The notes under the pieces: generated by a model
Told to the model about the DNA's origin: nothing
Database searches by the model: none
What the model saw: only the letters and a program-made list of their open reading frames with translations
Shown: piece after piece, positions 12,846-22,406 of the stretch
Position numbering within the stretch: position 1 is the stretch's first letter
Layout: every line of letters begins with the position of its first letter
Made by a program: the position numbers and the translations under genes
Source: a virus
Taxonomy: Duplodnaviria > Caudoviricetes
Direction: 5' to 3' (one strand)
DNA length: 64,000 nucleotides
Virus record (IMG/VR): IMGVR_UViG_3300011008_002750
Location: 56,855 to 120,854 of that record

Positions 12846-13660
12846 AAAACTATAATAAAATATTAGAAGCAGTAAACAGAGGTATTCAACTAGCATTAGA
12901 TGACTTTGAAGATGAAGAACAAGTTTAGAATATCAGGTCTAAATAGATTTAGAATAGAGACTATACTAAAGAATATTTGGATTTTATAGAAGATGTCATT
13001 GATCTTGGCCTTCCTTCGGGAACATGTTGGTTTAAATATAATTTTGGTGTTAATTATAAAAAACTAGATAAAACTCCAGAAGATTCTATTCCAGAAGATT
13101 GGTTTGGTGATTATTACGCTTGGGGTGAATTAGAGCCAAAAGATGAATATACTAGAGATAATTATAAATTTTATGTTAAAAATTATCGGTCATATGATAG
13201 ATATGCTGGAGAATATTTGTTAACAAAATACTCACGTGCTGCAGAATATTCCTTTAATAACAAAACTGATAATTTATTTTAGTTATAGAATGAGGATGAT
13301 GTTATATATCAAAAATTTAATAATCCTGCTAGTATTAAATTTGGTATTCCAACTAAAGATCAATTTAAAGAATTAGCAGAATATACAACAAAGAAATTAC
13401 AACATGATTATAATGGGGTAAATGGTCTATATGGATTATTATTTACATCTAAAATAAATGGCAATTCTGTATTTTTTCCGGGAGCAGGTTATTATGATGG
13501 ACAATTATTAGATGATAAAAATTTAGTAATATTATGGACATCAATATCAGATTCTTCACATTATGCAACATATTTTTATGGAAATAATAGTAAACCATTT
13601 TTATCTAATACTAGATTTTGTGGAATGCCAGTTCGCCCAGTAGTTATACTAAAAAACTAA
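12842..13660 (+). CDS. Paralogous DLGLPSG-domain protein with MKNYNKILEA leader, 272 aa (TAG=Gln)
   Basis: IDLGLPSGTCW...YYAWGE...IPTKDQFKEL...FFPGAG...GMPVRPV. Confidence 0.8.
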
Positions 13661-13742
13661 ATATATTGAGAATAATATAATAATTATTAGTTATAGAATT
13701 TACAGATTGTATAACTTTTATATAAAATAATAATTTATAATT

Positions 13743-13970
13743 ATGGACGAAACTACAAGTGCACACCCACACAAATTTGGTATTAATGATTTATCAGCTA
13801 ACGAACAAGTATATGTTAAAGGCCATTTATTGGAATTAATTGGAAAAGCAATGCAAGCGGTATCAGAAGCATGTCATTATGCAAAAGATGTAAATCTTTT
13901 AGATTCACAAGATTATTTGAATTTTGAAGATACATTAAATTAGATATCTATTATGGATCCTAATAAATAA
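13743..13970 (+). CDS. Hypothetical protein, 75 aa
   Basis: Track ORF extended through one TAG to TAA. Confidence 0.65.
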
Positions 13971-13996
13971 TTAAATAAAAAGACTATATTAGCATT

Positions 13997-15850
13997 ATGG
14001 CTAAAAAATATATATTAAGATCATTTAAACCCGGTGAGTAGAATCATAATCATGTTAATCCATTGATTAATCTTTCATCATTCGGTTTGCAAAGTAACCA
14101 AAGTATTATGAAAAATGCTTTGGCTATTAGTGCTTCATAGACTCGTAATGGAATGATGGATGATCAACTCAATCCTAATTATTATGATGCAACCGGAACA
14201 AATAGATTTACAAAATATAAAGATTTAACAAAGAATCAATCATCTAATTATGCGTATTATGACATGACATATGCAACTCGTTGTCAATATTGCAGACAAC
14301 TTGCACGGGATGTTGAAATTAACTTTATATTAGAAACTATTTGTAATGAGGCAATTGTAAATGATGAAAACGGACAATTTGCTCACCTCAACCTTGACAA
14401 ACTTAAATTATATCTCAATAAAGGATACGACAATAAGAAAACAAATACCAACGCAGACAAATTAATCAATGATTGCAAAATTGCATTCAATAGAGTTTAT
14501 TCTGCATTTGGTTGGGAAAACAATAGTGGTGCTTGGAACTATTTCAAAAAATTCTTAGTTGACGGATTCCTTGCATTTGAAATTGTTTTTGATGACAAGC
14601 ATAAAAATATTATTGGTATTTTGAATCTTGATCCAACTACTCTTCAACCAGATATTCAAGTGACAGAAGACGGGCAAGAATTGTTTATTTGGTACCAATT
14701 CAAAGGCGCAGCAAATCAAAGAAAAATTCCAAATTCAAATATAATTTATATTTCATGGGGTGACTTAGGAGATACTAGAAATACTAATATTTCATATGTT
14801 GAAGGTTTGACTCGCCCATTTAATATGTTGAGACAATTAGAAAACTCTCACTTGATTTGGAATATTCAAAATGCTCAAAACCGTGTAAAAATCACTGTTC
14901 CTGTAGGTGAACTTTCAGATGCACGTATCAAACAACGTGTCAGTGAAATTTATGCAGACTATGCAGAAGAAGTAACGATGGACGATATGTCTGGACAAAT
15001 GCTTGTCAATGGTGAACCTAAATTCAATTTCCAAAAAACTTATGTATTTGAGGATCGTGGAGGACAAGCAATTCAAATGGATACTGTTAAAGGTGATGGA
15101 TACAATATGAATACTACAGAAGAACTTCAATATTTCTGGCGTAAATTTATATTGGAATCCCAAGTTCCTGCAAACCGTTTCAATTTGAATATTTCACAAG
15201 CACCTAATAATGCTTTAGTTGGTGATGCTAATGTGACTCGTGAAGAATACGCATTCTCTCGTTTTATTGGACGTGTTCAAAATGCATTCAAAGAAATTCT
15301 TCTCAAACCATTATTGGTTCAAATTTGTTTCATGCATCCGGAATTTTCATATACTGATATTCTTAAACAAGGTTTAGGTATTGAATATAATGAAGAAAAT
15401 GTATTTGCATTAGCTAAAAAGCGTGCAGCTATTACTGAAGGTGCTAATACAGTTTCTACATTACTTGGACTACAAGGCCCTGATGGAAAACCATATTTTG
15501 CACTTGATTTCTTAGTTAAAGAATATTTAGGATTGTCAGATCAAGATATTGAAACTAACCAAAAGTATAAGGAAGCTGAAATTCTTAAACAAATAGAGTT
15601 GGCTAAGTTAATGAAGAAACAACAAGCTGACGCAGCTGCTAATGCTCCACAACAACCAGGAGGTGATATGGGTGGCGGAATGGACATGGGTGGAGGCGGA
15701 ATGAACTTCGGTACCAATGATGTTATGAGCGGTGGAGAATTCGGTGGCCCTGATATGGGTGGCGGAATGGACATGGGAGGCAGTGAAGCACCTGCTCCAG
15801 AAGCCCCGGCTCCAGAAGCACCAGCACCTGAAGGTGGTGAAACAATGTAA
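13997..15850 (+). CDS. Portal protein (T4 gp20-like), 617 aa (TAG=Gln)
   Basis: ICNEAIV, FLVDG, FNMLRQLENS, ELQYF..K, QVPANRF and VTREEYAFSRFI motifs; Gly/Met- and Pro/Ala/Glu-rich tail; two TAGs in the first 50 codons. Confidence 0.92.
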
Positions 15851-16014
15851 TATAGAACATTATAATAAAAGCCTCACTAAGTGCCCTAGATTCATTTCTG
15901 GGACACTTTTATTATTAAAATAATAATTTATATATAGAAACAAAAATAATGCAATAGAAGCAAAATAAACAATTTGTTTAATAAATAATAAAATTATTAA
16001 AGTGTTTAATAAAA

Positions 16015-16728
16015 ATGGCAACAATAAAAGGAACATCTAATGCACTTGGAAATTTAATTAATAAAATTAATGCGGGTTCTGGAACGTCAGCACCAGTTTC
16101 TTCTGGTTTTGGTGGAACACCTATAGACATAGATGATTCTATTCCAACTAATATGCTGAATCCTGAACCAGTTTTCAAAATTAATTATAAATCAACAGAA
16201 AAACAGTGCATTAAAAAGGCAAAAGAACAATTAATGAAAATTGTTAGAGAAGTTGTACCAACTATTTTGCAGAATTCAACAATGATTCTTGATAAAGTAG
16301 AACAAGATGCAGAACAACTTGGACATATGTATTATGAATCTATTAGAACAGACAAAGTGATTCAAGCAAATATGGATGCACTTGGACGAGGTGAAATATC
16401 TCCAAGATTATTTGAAGTTTATGCTAAACTTTCTAAACAACAATCTGATTTAGCACAACAAATAACAATAGTGCAAAACAACATGCGTAAGAATTATATA
16501 GATACATATTTGGATTTGCAACAAAAAGATAATGCAGAAGAAAACTTAGCTATTGGAACATCAAAACGTACAGCAGAAATGCCTGCATTAGAAGAAATTA
16601 AAGAGGAACCACAAAAATTAGAAAATGTAATAATGGGAACTGGAAATGTAGCTAAGATGCTTCAAGAAAAAAAGAAGCAAGCACTAATTGCTAAATTCCA
16701 AGAAGTTAAAGATGATGAAGAAAAATAA
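16015..16728 (+). CDS. Hypothetical coiled-coil protein next to the portal gene
   Basis: 237-aa ORF. Confidence 0.75.
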   Translation: MATIKGTSNALGNLINKINAGSGTSAPVSSGFGGTPIDIDDSIPTNMLNPEPVFKINYKSTEKQCIKKAKEQLMKIVREVVPTILQNSTMILDKVEQDAEQLGHMYYESIRTDKVIQANMDALGRGEISPRLFEVYAKLSKQQSDLAQQITIVQNNMRKNYIDTYLDLQQKDNAEENLAIGTSKRTAEMPALEEIKEEPQKLENVIMGTGNVAKMLQEKKKQALIAKFQEVKDDEEK

Positions 16729-16729
16729 T

Positions 16730-16755
16730 AAATGCTAGGAAATTTCCTAGCATTT
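16730..16755. terminator. Hairpin terminator
   Basis: aatgctagga / tcctagcatt inverted repeat between convergent ORFs. Confidence 0.7.
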
Positions 16756-16762
16756 ATTATAA

Positions 16763-16909
16763 TTAAGATACTGCTTCTTCTTTTAATATTTTGCATTTAC
16801 TTTCAGATGGATTTGTTTTTGGATCTACACCATTCCAAATAACAGCTGGACGGGCAGTTTGTGTATATGTATCAAATTCTGCAGTGATGACTTTCTTAAG
16901 GTATTTCAT
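16763..16909 (-). CDS. Small hypothetical protein, 48 aa
   Basis: MKYLKKVITAEFDTY... to TAA; converges on the terminator. Confidence 0.5.
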   Translation of the reverse strand: MKYLKKVITAEFDTYTQTARPAVIWNGVDPKTNPSESKCKILKEEAVS

Positions 16910-16969
16910 ATCCTTTCTAATTTATTTTTTCTTTTTATATTTATTTTATTTTTATTGAGAAAAATTTAG

Positions 16970-17009
16970 CTTCTATTTTTTTATTTAAGAAAAATGTATT
17001 ATTTTTGCA
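16970..17009 (+). promoter_or_regulatory. Bacteroidota-type (early) promoter, copy 1 of 9
   Basis: CTTCTATTTTTT box starting 30 nt before a TAnnTTTG -7 element. Confidence 0.8.
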
Positions 17010-17054
17010 TTGTAATTAAAAAAGATAATATTAACCCTTTAAACAATATAAGCT

Positions 17055-17387
17055 ATGACAACTGCAAATCTTCGTTCAATTATGAATCTCGCTTGGAAAT
17101 TCGTAAAAGAGAATAATATGTCAATGAGTGAAGCACTTAAAGTTGCATGGAAAAATGCAAAGCTTTACAGAGCAATGTGTAAATCTACCGCAACTTTCAC
17201 TTTCCGCAAAGTTGATGGAACTCTCCGCCATTCTACAGGAACTCTCAGTGTTCAGGTTATTCCATCTCATTGTATTCCTGCAGGTGTTTATCCACATGCA
17301 AAGAACAGCAATCGCCAGACATATTTTGATATAGACAAACAAGAGTGGCGTTCATATAAGCGTGAAAATTTAATTTCAATTTGTTGA
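17055..17387 (+). CDS. DUF2693/WYL_2-like SH3 beta-barrel protein
   Basis: IMNLAW...SEALKVAW...FTFRKVDGTLR..TGTL...YFDIDKQEWRSYK. Confidence 0.8.
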   Translation: MTTANLRSIMNLAWKFVKENNMSMSEALKVAWKNAKLYRAMCKSTATFTFRKVDGTLRHSTGTLSVQVIPSHCIPAGVYPHAKNSNRQTYFDIDKQEWRSYKRENLISIC

Positions 17388-17434
17388 AACAATCTCGCTT
17401 TTTATTCTATAATTATTAACAAAATGGTAATATT

Positions 17435-18100
17435 ATGACAAAACTTACGCAAGAACAAATTCAAGCAAATAAAATAGAGTTTATTAATCTCCTCCGTTCA
17501 ACAGGGCGCGAAGGGATTGAAACTTTGATTAATTGGTTGGAAACTAAATCAGATTTTTTCACCGCACCGAGTTCTACTATATATCATGGAAACTATGATG
17601 GTGGTTTATGTCAACATAGTTTAAATGTATATAAATCAGCTAAAGAGTTTATTAAAAACAGTCAAACAACTGCTCTTAAAGAATATGAGCTTGACAAAAT
17701 TTCTGATACATCTATTATTATTGCTGCACTTTTACATGATTTATGCAAAACAAATTTTTATGTAAAGGAGTATAAGAATTTTAAAGATGAAGCAACTAAT
17801 ACTTGGAAAAAATATCAGACATATAAATGTGTAGATAATTTTCCGCTTGGGCATGGAGAAAAGTCAGTTATTATGATTCAAAATTTCATTAGATTGACAG
17901 CATCTGAGATTATTGCTATTCGTTGGCATATGGGAATTTTTGATCCAGGCGCATTTATGTCTCCATATGAGGGGCCTGCACTGAAACGTGCAACAGACGA
18001 TTGCCCACTATTGAATATTCTTCAAATTGCTGATTATTATGCATCACATTTGATGGAGTATACTATAGACCAAAAAGTTGAAAATATTGTTTTTTATTAA
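17435..18100 (+). CDS. HD-domain phosphohydrolase
   Basis: APSSTIYHGNYDGGLCQHS, LLHDLCK, GHGEKSV, IRWHMG, AD. Confidence 0.88.
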   Translation: MTKLTQEQIQANKIEFINLLRSTGREGIETLINWLETKSDFFTAPSSTIYHGNYDGGLCQHSLNVYKSAKEFIKNSQTTALKEYELDKISDTSIIIAALLHDLCKTNFYVKEYKNFKDEATNTWKKYQTYKCVDNFPLGHGEKSVIMIQNFIRLTASEIIAIRWHMGIFDPGAFMSPYEGPALKRATDDCPLLNILQIADYYASHLMEYTIDQKVENIVFY

Positions 18101-18131
18101 AAATAAAGAGCTCTTTTGGAGCTCTTTTTCA

Positions 18132-19205
18132 TTATGGAAGTAATTTAATATAATCATTTAACTATTCAATACATTTATCTAAATCACAAGAAAATATTTC
18201 TAAATAATTTAAATTATTCTATTTTGCAATATTTCTTTTATTAACATCTCTAATAGTCCATATATTACATGCACAACTATAAAATTTGGTATTTTTTTCT
18301 TTCCAATAATTTAATTTATCTATATCTTCCTAATTATTTTCATCAAATGGATGATTACCATGCATCCATGTCCCTTGAATTTCAATATATAAATCTAAAC
18401 TTTTAATATAAAAATCACAATTAAATGGATATACTTCAGATCTATATTGATATTCAAAATTATTTGGATAATTTTATTCTAAATATTCTTTAAATTCTTG
18501 TTCTATTTTAGATGAATTAATTGTTCCATTTTTAATTTTAGTTTGAAAAGATTTATGTCTTGCATCTAAAGATATTGCTAACTACCGACATTTTGGAGTA
18601 TTAAAATATGTAGAAACTCCATATTTTTCAATACATGTTTGTTTTTGTTTTTCAACAAATTCTGATTTTTGAGATGGATGGTAAACACCATTATTTGCAT
18701 AACATGTATTATACATTTTCTATTTAATTATTTCAGCTTTTGCCGGATTATCTACACCATATTTCTTAATCCATGTTTGTTTTGATTTAATTTTATAATT
18801 TAATGTTTTAAATTGCTATTTATTTCCATATATTTTTAAATTTGTATCTTCTTTTCTTTTCTTGGTTACATCATCATTTGCTGCACATTTAGGTGAACAG
18901 TGCATATAATATCCTTTAGCAAAATTATAATATTTTTGTAATCCTCCACAGACTGGGCAAATTGGATGAATATCAATATGATGATATATTCTATATATTA
19001 TTTCACTATACGAATTACTATCATTATAACGTTCATCTAAATATTTTTTAATATCATTATATTTTTCAAGCCACTAATGAGTAAGTTGATATAAATTTAA
19101 AGTAGTTTCATTTTTAACAAAAATTTCAATAATAGTATTATCATTTATTTCATCATAAAAATATTCATACTACCTAATTTTTTTATTGTAAATTTTTTGT
19201 ACCAT
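18132..19205 (-). CDS. Zn-finger + PD-(D/E)XK (DUF559-like) putative homing endonuclease A, 357 aa (TAG=Gln)
   Basis: CPVCG...HCSPKC, KYGVDNP-type repeats, YPFNCDFYIKSLDLYIEIQGTWMHG. Confidence 0.82.
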
Positions 19206-19335
19206 ATTTGTCAGGGGTTTATTTTTATATAAAATATCCTATATAGATACTTATAGGCCCTGACCCCTACTTTCTCTATATAGGATATTTATAAATTTAT
19301 TAATAAACTATTAATTATAATAATGTCAGGGTTAA
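19206..19335 (-). promoter_or_regulatory. Structured 5' leader (hairpin with pseudoknot potential) of endonuclease A
   Basis: 16-bp stem, GAAA/AAGTA internal loop, terminal loop GGTCAGGG complementary to CCCTGAC, which occurs both next to the ATG and upstream. Confidence 0.7.
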
Positions 19336-19367
19336 TAGTTTATTCTTTTTATTATTTATTTCAAAAA

Positions 19368-20105
19368 TTATGGAAGTGTATACATATTTGGAACTTTATT
19401 CAACTTAGTGAACCATTCTTTACACTACTCAATGTCACGGTTAGCCTCATCAACTATTCCCGACATTTGAATGGTGATGCCACCAACTAGATTTGTTGAA
19501 AATACAGTCATTAGTTTATTTGCCTATAATTTGCAATGTGCAGAAATCCATTTTTGAACCCAGACATTATCAAATAATTCTTGCTCTGGAACTTTAACTT
19601 TTAACCCGCAGAAAACATTAACTCTCGGATCATGACCAAGAACCAATAATTCATGTTGAACATAATTCCATCTATGTTGAATATCTACTAATGTAAATTG
19701 TTTAAGCTGATCCCATGCACTCCAAGATATAGTTCTGAATGCAACAGAATCCATGTTCATTAAAGAACCTAGCCATAAATCAGACATAAATGCTTTATTG
19801 AAACCAAAATCAGGATCCATAATTCCAAACATTGCATTTCTATGTTTCATTTCTTGGAATCTAGTAACAGCAACTACGCAATCAGGGAATGCAATTTTTC
19901 TATTTTTTCTGAATTCTGGAGTCCAAAATAATCCTGCCGGAATGATAAAGAAATCTTCTTCCGTCGCATCCGGATCAAGTTCTAGTAATTGTTTTAACTC
20001 TCTATCTATAATTCTCTCATATGTTGCATCAGGTATATTAATTTGGATAGCCCCATCCATTGTTACATCAGCCTTTAACCAATTTTTAAATTCTTCTCTA
20101 GTCAT
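19368..20105 (-). CDS. Neck protein (T4 gp13-like), 245 aa (TAG=Gln)
   Basis: LFDNVWVQKW...NLVGGITIQMSGIVDEA..DIE matches the gp13 C-terminal pattern; extends through two TAGs to TAA. Confidence 0.72.
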
Positions 20106-20169
20106 TATAAAAAACTAATATTTTTATATTTATTTTTGAAATAAATATAATGTAATAAATTATTATTTT

Positions 20170-20310
20170 CTCCTACAATTAAAACTTAATTTGTTTTAAT
20201 TTATATAATAATTAAAAATATTAAAGTTCTTTTTTATAGAAAGCAGGGTAGGAGCTGTAAGTATATAATTAAGAACTTTATTTTATTATAAAAATAAACT
20301 CCTACAAATT
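20170..20310 (+). promoter_or_regulatory. Structured 5' leader of endonuclease B (same architecture as A)
   Basis: GAAA/AAGTA internal loop; loop GGTAGGAG complementary to CTCCTAC at 20299 and 20170. Confidence 0.7.
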
Positions 20311-21588
20311 ATGAATGAAAAAGAGTATATAGAAGATTATAATTTATTAAACGATGAATATATATTGAGTGTATTTATTAATAATGGTAAATTCCTTATT
20401 AGACGATATGATTCATTTTTAAATAAGCATGATGCTATTAAAAAATATATTGAAAATAGATATTCAGATTCTCAATCTATATAGGAAACATTATATAGAA
20501 TGATTAATAATATTGAAATCCGCCCAATATGTAAAAGTTGTGGTAAACCGGTTAGCTTTAATGGTTATAAAGGGGGTTTCTCTATATTTTGTTGTTCAAA
20601 ATGTGCATCAAATGATCCAGAAGTAAAGCAAAAAGTAATGCAAACGTCTTTAATAAAATATAATACATTATATCCTAGCTAGAATAAAGAAGTTAAACAA
20701 AAATAGTCAAAAACAATAAATAGTAAATCAATTGAATAGAAAAAGTAGGCAAGTAATAAAGTAAAAAAGACTAAATTATTAAAATATGGTGATGAAAATT
20801 ATAATAATCATGAAAAAACATCTTAGACCAAATTATTAAAATATGGTAATGAAAATTATAATAATTCAGAAAAATAGAAATAGACATGCATTGCTAACAA
20901 TGGAGGTATTGGATTTTAGTCAGAAAAAATAAAAGAAAAATATATTAAAACTTGTTAGTAGTTATATGGATGTGACGATGGAAGTAAATCTCAAATAGCT
21001 ATTAATAAATTTAAAACTACATGGAAATCAAAAACAACAGAAGAAGTTGCAAATATAGTTAAAAAACAACAAAATACATGTTTACTATTATATAATGAAA
21101 CAAGCTATACTAAAACACTAGAATATCGTAAATTTGTTTCTAATATGGTATCATCACAAGAATATTAGGAACATCAATTATATATTAAAAAATTAAGAGG
21201 AACAGTTAATTCATCAAAAGTAGAATAGCAATTTAAAGAATATCTAGAACAAAATTATCCAAATGATTTTGAATATCAATATAGATCAGAATTATATCCA
21301 TTTAATTGTGATTTTTACATAAAGTCATTAGATTTATATATTGAAATAAATGGTTCTTGGACACATGGTGGTCATCCATTTGATGAAAATAATTAGGAAG
21401 ATATAGATAAATTAAATTTATGGAAATCTAAAAATACATAGTATTTCAATAATGCTATTAATACATGGACTATTAGAGATGTCAAAAAACGAAATATGTC
21501 AAAAGAAAATAATTTAAATTATTTAGAAATATTTACAAAATATGCAGATGAAGCAATAAAACAATTTAATGAATATATAAAACATTAA
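20311..21588 (+). CDS. Zn-finger + PD-(D/E)XK putative homing endonuclease B (paralog of A), 425 aa (TAG=Gln)
   Basis: CKSCG...CCSKC, KYG.ENYNN repeats, YPFNCDFYIKSLDLYIEINGSWTHG. Confidence 0.82.
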
Positions 21589-21600
21589 ATTGTTTTATTT

Positions 21601-22404
21601 TTATATTTTAGTGAACCAATCTCTTTGAGAAACTTTTCCATTTTTAATATCAATAACTACATTTAAGCAACCATTAGTACTAATAGTTGATTTAAATTTT
21701 TGCCCATTAAAATAAAAACTATTTCCAATTAACTATCCAATATAGGTTCCGTCTCCTAATGATTCTATTGGTTTTCCATTTTCTTCTTCATCTTTGATTC
21801 TTTGAGATTCTTTTTCTTCTAATTCTCTTTTTAATTTCATTTCACCAATATAAACATCTTTGAAGTATTTAGAGGCTTCTTCAAAATCATCAAATAAAAC
21901 GTCACCTTCTTCAGGAGAACAATCCATCATTTTTCCATTTATATTGACAACATATTGTGCAGATTGAGTGTTAGAAACAAATTTCATATCATCATATTTA
22001 GTTAAAAATATCTCATGAGGGCCATCTTCCATTAAAATATAATATATTGTTGCAACTTTATTAATTCCATCTTTCCATTTTCCAATATATCCATCATCTA
22101 AATTAGATTCTCCACCAAAATATTTTACCATCTATAATTTAGCATAATGATTTTTGTCTCTATATTTTTGGACAACTAGAGGATCTGTCATATATAATGG
22201 ATGCTCACCGTATGTTCCTTCACATGGCATAAAACTTCCACCATAACAGAATTCAACATCACCTGACAAATCTTTGTCTTCCTCTTCTATTGGCAAATTA
22301 TTCATTCCATGAAACAAAAGATTAGACATCTTTCTAGCAGATGATTGCATTGGACCACCTGGACCAACTATTTTGTCTTTAACAACTTTATAAATATATC
22401 TCAT
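21601..22404 (-). CDS. Hypothetical protein, 267 aa (TAG=Gln)
   Basis: Track ORFs 22132..22404 and 21733..22131 are joined by TAG and continue to TAA. Confidence 0.72.
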
Positions 22405-22406
22405 AA

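Noticed and set aside
15655-15835. Repeats in the portal 3' end as a separate element
   Set aside because: They encode the low-complexity GGMDMGG and APAPE tail of the protein.
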